A stretch of 64,000 nt of DNA from Thermoproteota archaeon. GTDB lineage: Archaea > Thermoproteota > Methanomethylicia > Methanomethylicales > Methanomethylicaceae. Shown piece by piece: positions 8,595-18,309 of this stretch. The stretch covers positions 3,545 to 67,544 of the forward strand of contig JASFYL010000001.1 in the NCBI GenBank assembly GCA_030055575.1, read 5' to 3'. A program made the translations under genes and the position numbers. The notes under the pieces were generated by a model that was given only the letters and a program-made list of their open reading frames with translations, was not told the DNA's origin and made no database searches. The first letter of the stretch is position 1. The number at the start of each line of letters is the position of its first letter.

Positions 8595-10046
8595 TTAGAA
8601 CCACCTGGTTATCAGTACCTTCTTCTGCGTGTAGAATTCTACAGAGTCCATTGCCTGGGCATGTAGATCTCCGAAGAACGACTCCTTCCAGCCACTGAAT
8701 GGGAAGAAATAGATGGGGGCCGCGATTCCGATGTTGATTCCGACGTTGCCTGCCTGGATCCTGTAGCTGAACTCTCTGGCTGCTTTACCGCTACTCGTGA
8801 ATATCGATGCCGCATTGCCGTATATCGACGAATTGGCCATATCGATCGCTTCGTCAAGAGACTCTGCCTTCCTGATACACATGACTGGTCCGAAGATCTC
8901 TTCCTTGAAGATCGTCATGTCTGGGGTTACTTCGTCAAATATTGTGGGCCCAATGAAGTATCCATTGGGATACTTTTCACATTTGAACTTCCTTCCGTCT
9001 AGGAGGAGCTTGGCTCCCTCTTGGATCCCTTTCTCAATATATTCCAACACTTTGTCGTACTGCCCTTTTGATGCTAGTGGACCCATCTGCGTCTCAGGGT
9101 CGAGACCATACCCAATCCTGATTTTAGAGGCGGCTTCTACCAATGCCCTCTTGAATGGCTCGTAGGCTTCTCCTACTGGGACGAAATTCTCTCCAGCCAA
9201 GCACCTCTGACCTGTACAGCCACAGGCAGATGTGATGCAGGCCGATATCGTGTTCTTCATATCCGCATCAGGCATTATTACGATAAAGTTCTTGGCTTGG
9301 CCTTGGCACTGCGCCCTCATGCCCGTTTCGGCGGCCTTCTTGTAGATGTGTCGGGCTACTGGGGTTGAGCCAACGAAAGATACCGCTTTCACCTCGGGGC
9401 TAGAAAGAAGCACATCCGATACATTCCTGCTACCATTTACTAGATTAATAACACCAGGCGGGAATCCTGCTTCCTCAGCGAGTTCAACTATCCTCTTCGC
9501 CGTCAGTGGGACTTGACTGGAGGGCTTGAGTATAAACGTATTGCCGCAGGCTACTGCCAAAGGAAGGAACCATAATGGTATCATGGCTGGGAAGTTGTAC
9601 GGCGTGAGCCCGACGCAGATCCCTAGCGGCTCCCTCACGTATGCCTCATCTATCCCTTTTGCGACGTCCTCTTCTATGTCTCCTACCATCATCATCGGTA
9701 TACCGCAGGCAAGCTCTACGGTTTCTATGCCTCTCTTGAGGTCTCCCCTCGCCTCGTCCAAGATCTTACCGTGCTCCTTGACAATTATTTCAGAGATCTC
9801 TTCAAAATTCTGGTCCAGGAGATTCCTGAACTCGAAAAGGTACCTCACCCTTGTGGTAGGCGGCGTGCACCTCCACTCCCAGAATGCTTCATTGGCTGCC
9901 TTGATGGCTTCTTGCACTTCCTCGTTTGTAGACTTTGGTACCTTGGCTAGAACCTCTAGAGTAGCGGGATTAATGACATCGAGCGTCTCCGTACTGCGCG
10001 ATTCGACCCATTCTCCATTTATGTAATTCTTTAGGACTTCGACCAA
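8595..10046 (-). CDS. Aldehyde dehydrogenase, methylmalonate-semialdehyde dehydrogenase-like
   Basis: 483 aa with ...GNTFILKPSS..., a catalytic Cys region, and a C-terminus typical of the MMSDH subgroup. Confidence 0.85.
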   Translation of the reverse strand: MVEVLKNYINGEWVESRSTETLDVINPATLEVLAKVPKSTNEEVQEAIKAANEAFWEWRCTPPTTRVRYLFEFRNLLDQNFEEISEIIVKEHGKILDEARGDLKRGIETVELACGIPMMMVGDIEEDVAKGIDEAYVREPLGICVGLTPYNFPAMIPLWFLPLAVACGNTFILKPSSQVPLTAKRIVELAEEAGFPPGVINLVNGSRNVSDVLLSSPEVKAVSFVGSTPVARHIYKKAAETGMRAQCQGQAKNFIVIMPDADMKNTISACITSACGCTGQRCLAGENFVPVGEAYEPFKRALVEAASKIRIGYGLDPETQMGPLASKGQYDKVLEYIEKGIQEGAKLLLDGRKFKCEKYPNGYFIGPTIFDEVTPDMTIFKEEIFGPVMCIRKAESLDEAIDMANSSIYGNAASIFTSSGKAAREFSYRIQAGNVGINIGIAAPIYFFPFSGWKESFFGDLHAQAMDSVEFYTQKKVLITRWF

Positions 10047-10174
10047 CTTTATGCCTCCGTTTTAAATTCTGTCATGTATTTTGCTTGTTGGCTTTGAGTG
10101 AAAGCCGATTTATTATATTTAAACTTTTATCATGGGCTGAAATAATCTGTAATTATAAGTAAATTATAGCCCTC

Positions 10175-10657
10175 ATGCCGCGTTGGCACATCTTTTATAA
10201 TTGGAAGTCTTCAAACGATTGCAGGCGATGTGCCTTGAATAAAATAGCATCTGGAAACCTTGTTTTCATAAGATTGGATGATGGAGAGGAGGTGGTTTCC
10301 TCGCTCAAGAAGGTGGTGACCGAAGAATGTCTTGAGACAGCGATTATACTTTCATTCGTTGGTGCGCTACGGCATACAAGGTTAATCGTTAGGAAAGGGG
10401 TAGAGAAGGAAGTCGAACATCACGTTGAGGTTGTTGGGAATGGCAATATTACACGATTGGATTCAGAACCATTCATACACCTACACCTTGCTGTTGGAAG
10501 TGATGAGGGGTCTTGGGTTGGGCACCTCCTTACTGGCACCGTTGATATCTTCTGCGAGATTGCCTTGGCTAGGACTGCCTTCCCGATGAAGCGAAGTTAC
10601 AGCAAAGAGCTCGCCAATGCCGGCGTCACTGTACCATTTCGCTTGGAGTGGGGGTAA
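10175..10657 (+). CDS. PPC/DUF296-domain protein (predicted DNA-binding, PD1-like)
   Basis: VFIRLDDGEEVVSSLKK...GNGNITRL...HLHLAVGSDEGSWVGHLL matches the PPC domain pattern. Confidence 0.5.
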   Translation: MPRWHIFYNWKSSNDCRRCALNKIASGNLVFIRLDDGEEVVSSLKKVVTEECLETAIILSFVGALRHTRLIVRKGVEKEVEHHVEVVGNGNITRLDSEPFIHLHLAVGSDEGSWVGHLLTGTVDIFCEIALARTAFPMKRSYSKELANAGVTVPFRLEWG

Positions 10658-10667
10658 TCCATTGGTA

Positions 10668-11114
10668 ATGCTTTCTGATTTGGGTATCCTTGAACAAATC
10701 GAACAGGGGAAATTGAAGCTCGATCCCTTTTCCAAAGATTGCCTTTCTGCTTCAGGATACGACCTCCGTTCAGATGTAGAGATCGTGCTTCCTAAGGGGG
10801 CTCATGCCCTTGTGCACACTCTCGAGAGAGTAGAGCTCCCTCCATACATCGCAGGGCAGCTCTTTCTAAGATCATCGTTTGCAAGAGAGGGACTGATCGG
10901 GAGTTTGGCACTGGTTGATCCCGGCTTTAGGGGTCAGCTGACAGTTTCATTGGTGAACATGGGGAGCGGAAATGTGGCAATTGACAAGGGCGAAAGACTG
11001 TTACAGATAGTCTTCCATAAACTTGACAGACCATCATCGAGACCCTATGTAGGGAAATACCAAGATAGTGTAGGCACAGTTGAGAGCAAGAGATTTTTTC
11101 AAATAAATATGTAA
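10668..11114 (+). CDS. dcd: dCTP deaminase / dUTPase-fold protein
   Basis: ALVDPGFRGQLTVSLVNMGSGNVAIDKGERLLQIVF is the dUTPase-fold motif. Start taken at MLSDLGILEQ. Confidence 0.7.
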   Translation: MLSDLGILEQIEQGKLKLDPFSKDCLSASGYDLRSDVEIVLPKGAHALVHTLERVELPPYIAGQLFLRSSFAREGLIGSLALVDPGFRGQLTVSLVNMGSGNVAIDKGERLLQIVFHKLDRPSSRPYVGKYQDSVGTVESKRFFQINM

Positions 11115-11146
11115 AAATTAAAATATGGTGACTTGATAAACTGACG

Positions 11147-11902
11147 ATGTCTATGGAGATGTGCACGTTGGCATTGACCCGCTACGAGTATCTGAAGCGA
11201 CAGATCAGGGCAGTGGAGTTTCTTAGGCTGACCAAGAGCGTAAAATCTTACCAAGAACTAATGAAGATGACTGGAATTCCAATAACTGTGCTTAACAGGT
11301 ATGTCAAAGGGCATATACTGCCGAGTCCAGAGCGTGCCGCCTCCATTATAGATAGGCTGGAGAAAGGATATGACGTTACGAGCCATATAATGGACAAGAT
11401 ATCGTTTGATAAAGGTGGTTTTCTCGACAACACTAAAGTACTCGGCGACACACTTCTGCTGAAGTACGTCGCAGATCAGGTCGTACAGCGCTTGGCAGGT
11501 AGGAGAGTCAGCAAGGTTCTTACAGTCGCAGTCGACGGGATCCCTCTCGCTGTGCACATAGCATCTGCATTCGGTGTGCCCCTGCTTTATGCAAAGAAAG
11601 AAAAGGAGATAGGCGTGCCGACTTTTTTGGAGGAGACATATACTGTTTCCAAGGCTGGTATTCAGGTCTCCCTCTACATCCCAAAGGACGGAATAGAAAA
11701 GAGGGATAGTGTCCTGATTACGGACGATGTTGTGAGATCTGGAGAGCAGCTGAAAGCACTCGTAAACTTGGTTAAACGAAGCAAGGCGGAGATAGCCGGC
11801 ATATTCGTTCTTATAGCGGTTGGCGAGAAATGGAAACGGGAGATCGACGACTCAGCTAACTACCCTGTCTATTCCATTGCCACCTTGCCTGAAAAGGAGT
11901 GA
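11147..11902 (+). CDS. HTH + phosphoribosyltransferase-domain regulator (GfcR/PyrE-like)
   Basis: N-terminal HTH (SYQELMKMTGIPITVLNRYVKGH). The PRPP-binding motif VLITDDVVRSGEQL lies in the C-terminal half. Confidence 0.6.
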   Translation: MSMEMCTLALTRYEYLKRQIRAVEFLRLTKSVKSYQELMKMTGIPITVLNRYVKGHILPSPERAASIIDRLEKGYDVTSHIMDKISFDKGGFLDNTKVLGDTLLLKYVADQVVQRLAGRRVSKVLTVAVDGIPLAVHIASAFGVPLLYAKKEKEIGVPTFLEETYTVSKAGIQVSLYIPKDGIEKRDSVLITDDVVRSGEQLKALVNLVKRSKAEIAGIFVLIAVGEKWKREIDDSANYPVYSIATLPEKE

Positions 11903-12907
11903 GAGATCATATGGGGGATCTACCACCCCCACCTCAGTAATTATCCCGGATACAAGCTCTCTAGGCGTTATGTCAAAGGCGGGGTTTATTACCTTAGTCC
12001 CATCGGGTGCGATCTTGATCCCACGAATGCACGTTACTTCAGTAGGTGAACGTTCTTCGATGATTACATCCTCGATGTTTTTCGCAAGATCTATTGTAGA
12101 GAGAGGCGCTGCCACATAGAACGGAATCCCGTGGTGCCTTGCAAGCGCTGCAATGCCGTAGGTGCCTATTTTGTTTACTACATCTCCGTACCTTGTGATT
12201 AAATCCGCTCCAACGATTATCTTATTGACAAGCCTTTGACGCATTACATACCCTACCATGTTATCTGTTAGTAGTCTGAAGGGGATCCCTTCGTTCTTCA
12301 ACTCAAAGGCAGTAAGCCTTGCGCCTTGGAGGAGAGGTCTGGTTTCAGTGGCATACACAATAAAGTTTTTACCCTCTTCAGCGGCGCTCCTCACAACACC
12401 GAGGGCAGTGCCGTGCTCGACACAAGCGAGTGCACCGGCATTGCAGTGGGTCAAAACTCCGTCTCCATCTTCAATTAGCTCGGCACCGTTCCGACCGATC
12501 GCTCTGCACACTGCCACGTCCTCCTCTGCAATCGAGATCGCCTCGCTGACTATTCTTTTCACAAGTTCCTTTGGTTCGGACGAGGAGGCGCTTATCCATG
12601 TCCTCCTCATCCTCTCCAGCGCCCAAAATAGATTCCTGGCAGTCGGTCTAGTCTTTCTTAGTCTTTCATATGCATCCTCGAGCTTGTTTTGAAGATCTTC
12701 GCATGAAGCCAATGTACAACCTTTGGCAGCAAGGGCGATGCCCATCGCAGCCGCGACTCCAATAGCTGGGGCCCCCCTTACTTCCATCCTTTCGATCGCT
12801 TTGGCAATCCGTTCGTACTCCTCGCATCTTATGATATTCACTTCGTCAGGCAAGGCTGTCTGGTCGATGATGTATACTCCGTCCTCTTTCCACTCTATCG
12901 TCCTCAA
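11852..12907 (-). CDS. eIF-2B alpha/beta/delta family protein, likely ribose-1,5-bisphosphate isomerase
   Basis: 351 aa with ...VRGAPAIGVAAAMG... and ...THCNAGALA...GTALGV..., the e2B2/MtnA family motifs. Confidence 0.8.
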   Translation of the reverse strand: MRTIEWKEDGVYIIDQTALPDEVNIIRCEEYERIAKAIERMEVRGAPAIGVAAAMGIALAAKGCTLASCEDLQNKLEDAYERLRKTRPTARNLFWALERMRRTWISASSSEPKELVKRIVSEAISIAEEDVAVCRAIGRNGAELIEDGDGVLTHCNAGALACVEHGTALGVVRSAAEEGKNFIVYATETRPLLQGARLTAFELKNEGIPFRLLTDNMVGYVMRQRLVNKIIVGADLITRYGDVVNKIGTYGIAALARHHGIPFYVAAPLSTIDLAKNIEDVIIEERSPTEVTCIRGIKIAPDGTKVINPAFDITPRELVSGIITEVGVVDPPYDLSLLFRQGGNGIDRVVS

Positions 12908-13395
12908 TTCGCGTCCTCCCCTATCATATAAATCAATCTTCTTACCATCGTCCTGAGCCCTTCATTTACTGGTTTACTGATACCTTTTCCAAAATCAATT
13001 GATTTGGGCTGTATTCCCAAGAGCATTATTTTTACTCCAGGGATCCCCTCCCTCAAGACTGAAAATAGGAGCCTCATAGACTGTTTATGTGTGGAAAGCG
13101 ATCTGGTTATCAGTAACTCCTCGTCTACGAACCTGAACTCCCCTGGCTTAGCACCCATCTCTACCGCATCAATAAACAGTATGTGGCTAGGGGACAGTCT
13201 CTTCATCTCACCTGTGTAGTTCTCTGGGGTCTCGCCGCAGTCCATGAGTGCGACGTTCCCTTTGACCTTCCCTTTCATTCTACTGATGGCTGAACAACCT
13301 GCGGCATCGTCTCCCCTCATCCTGTTCCCGACTCCAACGATTAATAAGCTCTTATATCCTGACAGAAACTCTGAAAGGGTTTCCTCGAAGAGCAT
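12904..13395 (-). CDS. Hydrogenase maturation endopeptidase (HycI/FrhD-like)
   Basis: LLIVGVGNRMRGDDAAG motif, ~160 aa. Confidence 0.75.
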   Translation of the reverse strand: MLFEETLSEFLSGYKSLLIVGVGNRMRGDDAAGCSAISRMKGKVKGNVALMDCGETPENYTGEMKRLSPSHILFIDAVEMGAKPGEFRFVDEELLITRSLSTHKQSMRLLFSVLREGIPGVKIMLLGIQPKSIDFGKGISKPVNEGLRTMVRRLIYMIGEDAN

Positions 13396-13425
13396 ATAGA
13401 TAAGCTCTTTTACTTGGGTTTATAG

Positions 13426-13962
13426 GTGTTCTCCTTGCCTGACGCCCTCCCAAAGGCAACTATGAGAGGAAACGAATGCTTCATATCTGGGCCTGATGCA
13501 GATAGGCTCCACCAACAGGGGGCGGTGGGGGAACTAAAAAAAGGGACCTTGGTGTTGCTGGATGTGGAAGCTCTTTACCTCCTCGACAGGGGGAAAATCT
13601 CTGTCTGCGACCAAAATGGATCAGAGGTAAGTTTTGAAGCCCTCATTGGGCAACTAGAGGAGTCTGACCAAGAGATCTGGCTTAGGTACCTTCTTTACTC
13701 GGATCTGAGAAAGAGGGGTTATGTGGTTAAACCGGGATTCGGTCCTAAGCTAGAGTACAGGGTTTATGAAAGGGGTGCACAAGTGGGAAAATCCCCAGCG
13801 AAATATCTTGTCTTTGGCCTTGTGGAGGGAAAGACAGTCAAAATATCTGAGATTGCTTCGATCTCTGAGTCAGCTAAGCTTTCAAAGAAGGATCTTATCT
13901 TGGCAGTGATTGATCGGCAAGGGGAGATCACTTACTATGACACAACCGAGGTCAGCCTCTGA
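13426..13962 (+). CDS. endA: tRNA-splicing endonuclease EndA
   Basis: YLLYSDLRKRGYVVKPG...EYRVYERGA...LILAVIDRQGEITYY aligns closely with the short archaeal EndA. The likely start is MRGNECF at 13462. Confidence 0.85.
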   Translation: MFSLPDALPKATMRGNECFISGPDADRLHQQGAVGELKKGTLVLLDVEALYLLDRGKISVCDQNGSEVSFEALIGQLEESDQEIWLRYLLYSDLRKRGYVVKPGFGPKLEYRVYERGAQVGKSPAKYLVFGLVEGKTVKISEIASISESAKLSKKDLILAVIDRQGEITYYDTTEVSL

Positions 13963-14806
13963 GCGTGTTCTGGCAACCATTAGGTTAGTACGTCCCACGA
14001 ACTCTGTAATGATGGGGTTGGCTGTAATCATCGGTGAAGTGGCTGTCTTGGGCAATGTTCCGCCTTTTTATGAAATGGTTGCGGGGTTCCTTGTGTCTTT
14101 CTTCCTGACCACATCATCAATGGCAATGAACGACTATGTCGATTTGGAGATAGACATGATAAATCAGCCTAGCCGACCCCTTCCCTCTGGTGCCATACCA
14201 AAGCAAGTTGCACTCTATCTCGCCGGGCTCACAGGATTCCTCGGAATACTCGCTGCTGTGCCATTCGATTGGGGAGCCACTGCTCTGGCTATAGTCACTT
14301 TCGCCATGTCCACTTTGTACAATCTATACGGAAAGAGGACTGGTTTCTGGGGCAACCTCATGGTATCCTACTGCGTCGCAGTCCCATTCCTGTTTGGAGG
14401 GATCATGGTGATGCAGAAAGTTAACGCCACCTCTTTGACATTCTTCCTTTTAGCATTCCTAGCAAATGCGGGGAGAGAGGTTACCAAAGGGATAGCAGAC
14501 ATGGAAGGAGACCGGGTCAGAGCGATCAAGACGGTCGCTCTGGTTCGGGGTGCAAGGTCTGCCGCCTTCCTTTCTGCGTTGCTATATTTGATCCCTGCTG
14601 CAATCTCCCCCTTACCCTACGTCTCTGGTCAGCTAGGTAACGCCTACCTCGCGTTGATTATCCCTGTAGACCTAGGGTTTGTCTACTCTTCTTATCTGAT
14701 AACAAAAAACTACGAGCAGAGCACTGCATTACGTGTGAAGACACAGGTGAGGTACTGGATGTTGCTAGGTCTTTTGGCATTCTTCTTTGGCGGGCTACTA
14801 AGGTGA
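13937..14806 (+). CDS. UbiA-family prenyltransferase, likely digeranylgeranylglyceryl phosphate synthase
   Basis: NDYVDLEIDMINQPSRPLPSG is the UbiA Asp-rich motif. There are ~8 TM helices. Confidence 0.8.
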   Translation: MTQPRSASERVLATIRLVRPTNSVMMGLAVIIGEVAVLGNVPPFYEMVAGFLVSFFLTTSSMAMNDYVDLEIDMINQPSRPLPSGAIPKQVALYLAGLTGFLGILAAVPFDWGATALAIVTFAMSTLYNLYGKRTGFWGNLMVSYCVAVPFLFGGIMVMQKVNATSLTFFLLAFLANAGREVTKGIADMEGDRVRAIKTVALVRGARSAAFLSALLYLIPAAISPLPYVSGQLGNAYLALIIPVDLGFVYSSYLITKNYEQSTALRVKTQVRYWMLLGLLAFFFGGLLR

Positions 14807-16102
14807 ATTATTGCAGCCAGTCACAATGTGTCGTATCTGGGAGAGGTCTGCCTTATGTTCTTTATTGGTTTTCATATCCTTGAGACTATATGTGCCTGTC
14901 TTTATCTCCTCAGGACCAACTATCAACACGAATGGAATCCCTCTAGAGTCAGCATATTCTAGCTGCCGCCCGAGCTTCCTTCCCATTAGGTCGATCTCTG
15001 ATGGTATGCCCATGTTGATCAGTTCCCTACCTATCCTTATCGCTTGCGACATTAATGCTTCGTTCACATATGCCACAAAAACTTTCGTCGATGGGGAAAC
15101 CTCCGAACTTAAATCTTCCTTAAGAACTTCATAGAGCCTCTCGACCCCCAAGGAGATACCTGTTGCTGGCGTCGGCACCCCCCCAAATTTTTCGATAAGC
15201 CTGTCATACCTTCCCCCTCCCGCAATACTGCCTATCTCCCTTGTCTTTGCTTTCACCTCGAATACGGGACCTGTATAGTAATCAAGCCCCCTTACCAAAC
15301 TGAAGTCAACAACCACCGCCCCTTTTAACCCAAAGATGTCTGCGAGTTCAATCATCCTCCTGAGCTCGGCTATGCCTTCGGTAGCTTGTCTGCTCTCCCG
15401 CAGCCTCTCTTCGACAAAGGAGACTGCTTCCTCCCCTTTGATACGCGTGAATTCCAGGAGTTTTGCTGACTTTTCTGCATCAATCCCAAGTTTCTCGAGC
15501 TCCTCTGCAACCTTGGACTCTCCCACTTTATCCAACCTGTCAAGGGCATGAAAAACTCCCTCGGCGACTTTGTTGTCGATGCCGAGCGTCTCAACCATTC
15601 CCTCGAGTATCTTCCTATTGTTCACCTTGACCTCGAACCCCTCAAGCCCTAGCCCCCTTAATGCATCCACAGCTGTCGAGATGCATACGACATCTGCCTC
15701 GATTCTGGGGGATCCAACGATGTCGATATCCGCTTGGACAAACTCCCTGAACCTGCCGCTTTGTGGCTCCTCATATCTCCAGACTTTAGAGATGCAATAG
15801 CGCTTGAATGGCTTCGGCAGATCGGGCATATTCGCAATTACCCTTGCAAGCGGGACCGTGAGATCGAATCTGAGGCCCAGCCACCTCCCTGCCTTGTCTT
15901 GGAATTTGTAGATTTGCCTCTCAACTTCCTCCCCTCCTTTGGTTGCAAGTACCTCCCAGAGCTCCAGCGCAGGCGTGTCCATTTCTTCAAACCCGTGGCT
16001 CTCAAAGACTGACCTTATCCTATCTATGATCAACCTTCTGATCTTCATCTCTGCTGGCAGAAAATCTCTCGTCCCTCTTGGCCTCCCGAATTTCATCTTC
16101 AT
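14798..16102 (-). CDS. hisS: Histidyl-tRNA synthetase
   Basis: MKMKFGRPRGTRDFLPAEM... opens a class II aaRS core with an anticodon-binding domain. The start is trimmed so it does not overlap the tRNA-Lys gene. Confidence 0.9.
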   Translation of the reverse strand: MKMKFGRPRGTRDFLPAEMKIRRLIIDRIRSVFESHGFEEMDTPALELWEVLATKGGEEVERQIYKFQDKAGRWLGLRFDLTVPLARVIANMPDLPKPFKRYCISKVWRYEEPQSGRFREFVQADIDIVGSPRIEADVVCISTAVDALRGLGLEGFEVKVNNRKILEGMVETLGIDNKVAEGVFHALDRLDKVGESKVAEELEKLGIDAEKSAKLLEFTRIKGEEAVSFVEERLRESRQATEGIAELRRMIELADIFGLKGAVVVDFSLVRGLDYYTGPVFEVKAKTREIGSIAGGGRYDRLIEKFGGVPTPATGISLGVERLYEVLKEDLSSEVSPSTKVFVAYVNEALMSQAIRIGRELINMGIPSEIDLMGRKLGRQLEYADSRGIPFVLIVGPEEIKTGTYSLKDMKTNKEHKADLSQIRHIVTGCNNSP

Positions 16103-16164
16103 CGCCTTGCCTTGGGAAAGGTTGCTTTTACCATTAAATAAACCTCTTGGCTCAAAGTGAACGC

Positions 16165-16182
16165 CTGTAAAAATATTAATAG
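16165..16182 (+). promoter_or_regulatory. Putative archaeal TATA box, ~-30 from tRNA-Lys
   Basis: taaaaatattaata is centred ~30 nt upstream of the tRNA 5' end. It sits in the divergent region shared with hisS. Confidence 0.4.
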
Positions 16183-16204
16183 GCTCTCTCTCACAATCAA
16201 CTGG

Positions 16205-16294
16205 GGGCCCGTAGCTCAGTACGGTAGAGCAGCGGGCTTTTAAGGAAACGGAGAAACCCGTTGGTCTCGGGTTCAAATCCCGACGGGCCCGCCA
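16205..16294 (+). tRNA. tRNA-Lys (anticodon UUU) with ~13-nt intron at position 37/38, CCA encoded
   Basis: Acceptor GGGCCCG pairs with CGGGCCC, D-arm GCUC...GAGC, anticodon stem GCGGG with loop CUUUUA|intron AGGAAACGGAGAA|A then CCCGU, T-arm UCGGG-UUCAAAU-CCCGA. Confidence 0.7.
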
Positions 16295-16460
16295 TCGTAT
16301 CTTTTTGTTTCAAAATCTCATCAGAAAACATTCCAGTCAAAAAATCGACTGACGAAGTGTTTTCCAGTTCCTTACTCGGCGAACTGGTTCTCCATGGAGT
16401 TTTTCACCCCAACTTGAGACTCAAGCAGGAATGCTGGCTTAACCATGCTAAAAATAAGCT

Positions 16461-17567
16461 CTACTGTTGTTTCAATGATGAGTATTTGGGCAGCTCGTCA
16501 GGTCTGAGTCTGATTAGTTTCTCTTTTCCGTAGACCTTGACCAAGATTCCTTCCTCACCAAGCTTCATTTCTGACGGCACCAATTCTGAAGGAACTTCAA
16601 TGAAGCGCATCTCTTTCAAATCGAAGAGGTCTGCATGGCTTCCTGCCCTTCCATCGAGTCTAACCATTCTTATCTGCTCCTCACCCAACACCATGAGCTC
16701 ATCCGAATCGCTTGGACCGATGGTCTTGTGTCGTCCCACGAAGTCCTCTACGACCGTTCTTCCCCGATCAAAACCTATGATGCGGTATATGTTGCCCCGG
16801 AGAGTGACTAATTCCCCCGTCCTGTACTTCGGTATTTTTACACTAATCGTATTCTTGTATAGTCTTCCTCCCGTCCTCCTGTCGACTCCAACGAGCTTGG
16901 GGCTCTCTTGGATCGAAGCGCCAAAGTCCTCATGCAGCTTCTTTGCGAAGATCCTAGCGCTGGTCAGGGATGAGAACTTGATGTCGTACCCTCCCTCTTT
17001 CTCTTTTATTTCGACAATCACGTCCCTCTGTTGGTTCGATACCCTCCTCGAAAAACTTGATACTGCCTCCTTCAGACTTTGTTGATCCCGGTGATCAAAT
17101 GCTCTGTCAGATGCCCTAACCTGAACGACCGCCTCATGTTCTCCCCTCTCATACTTCATGCATACGCTGCAGTTTGTGTATTCTACAAAAGCTAATAACG
17201 AGGTTTTATATCGACTCGATTTCTCTTTCTCTTTAAGGTTGACCTGCAACAAGACCGTCTTGGGGTGACCTCTGTCATTTCTATCGATGACCTCTCCCGA
17301 TATCCTGTCGATTATCACCTGTTCTGGAAGCCGAGTCTGCCTCTCTAGCTCTGATTCAGTTGCCACAATTGCTTTCCAGTCCTCATCGCCTGCGTCATGC
17401 TGCCTAACCCACATCTTTCCTTGGAGGTAGGACCTGCATTCGGGACACATTGTCACGGTCAGGTCCTGGGGTAGCTTGATTTCTATTTCTTTCCAATAAC
17501 ATCTACTGCATAGGCTGTGGATGTACTCGTCAGCTTCACAGCCGCACTTGGCACAAAAACGCCCCAT
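16461..17567 (-). CDS. NMD3-family protein (archaeal homologue of the 60S export adaptor)
   Basis: N-terminal CxxC x4 zinc-binding (CAKCGC...CSRC...CPEC) plus the NMD3 body. Confidence 0.8.
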   Translation of the reverse strand: MGRFCAKCGCEADEYIHSLCSRCYWKEIEIKLPQDLTVTMCPECRSYLQGKMWVRQHDAGDEDWKAIVATESELERQTRLPEQVIIDRISGEVIDRNDRGHPKTVLLQVNLKEKEKSSRYKTSLLAFVEYTNCSVCMKYERGEHEAVVQVRASDRAFDHRDQQSLKEAVSSFSRRVSNQQRDVIVEIKEKEGGYDIKFSSLTSARIFAKKLHEDFGASIQESPKLVGVDRRTGGRLYKNTISVKIPKYRTGELVTLRGNIYRIIGFDRGRTVVEDFVGRHKTIGPSDSDELMVLGEEQIRMVRLDGRAGSHADLFDLKEMRFIEVPSELVPSEMKLGEEGILVKVYGKEKLIRLRPDELPKYSSLKQQ

Positions 17568-17577
17568 TTAAGAAGCC

Positions 17578-17886
17578 TCATATCAATATGAACTGCGCGT
17601 GTGGAACCCCTTCTATTGTGACCACTCCTTCATCATGGACTAAACCGGCGTCCTTGCCGCATTGGACAGCAACCTCCCCCACAAGGTTGGCAACGGTCGC
17701 TCTCTTCAGATAGTCAACGGCAGCATCCGGACTAACCAACTCTCCTTTGTAAAATGCTTCATTCACGTCAAGGAGCAACTTCCCGTCAGAGAACCTCTTC
17801 CCCATAAGGTGCCGGTCACATACCGCCACCATCACTTCCCCCTCTCGGATCGCCCACACTTTCACGAAAAGCTTTACCTCTGCCAT
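17578..17886 (-). CDS. Conserved small hypothetical protein (DUF424-like)
   Basis: 102 aa with no catalytic motif. Located between NMD3 and aIF2-beta. Confidence 0.35.
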   Translation of the reverse strand: MAEVKLFVKVWAIREGEVMVAVCDRHLMGKRFSDGKLLLDVNEAFYKGELVSPDAAVDYLKRATVANLVGEVAVQCGKDAGLVHDEGVVTIEGVPHAQFILI

Positions 17887-17895
17887 CTGACCGCC

Positions 17896-18309
17896 TCAAA
17901 TTAGAGTCTTGGCTGGGTTCTTAGCACCACATACTTCACAAGCTATGAATGTCAGGCGGTCTTCCCTTACAAGCTTGGTGTCTGGCTTATTGCATGAGCT
18001 GCAGAGCACGTATGCCTTGATGTACCTGACGATTAGGTCGTCTACGACCTCCTTTGAGAACTTTCCATTCAGTGAGGCCCTTGCGTCTTCAAGGGTGCCA
18101 GATGTGGCTAGCTCTCTTACCATGAATTTGAGCACATGGTTGGGGCTTCGGTTCAGCCTAGATGCCACCTCCTTGAAGTTGTTGATTATGGTCTTGGAGC
18201 CGATCACGGTGACTTCTGCTTTTGGGGTTTCGTATTTTGATGATTTGAATGCCTTCTCAGGGATCTTTGAAAAGCCTCTCTGGAGGAGAGACTCATAATC
18301 GATGGCCAT
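17896..18309 (-). CDS. Translation initiation factor aIF2 subunit beta
   Basis: C-terminal zinc ribbon CSSCNKPDT...CEVCGAK within the eIF2-beta/eIF5 fold. Confidence 0.85.
   Translation of the reverse strand: MAIDYESLLQRGFSKIPEKAFKSSKYETPKAEVTVIGSKTIINNFKEVASRLNRSPNHVLKFMVRELATSGTLEDARASLNGKFSKEVVDDLIVRYIKAYVLCSSCNKPDTKLVREDRLTFIACEVCGAKNPAKTLI

Noticed and set aside
16103-16276. N-terminal 58 codons of the track's HisRS ORF
   Set aside because: The extension runs through the tRNA-Lys gene. The conserved HisRS N-terminus (MKFGRPRGTRDF) begins at the internal Met.
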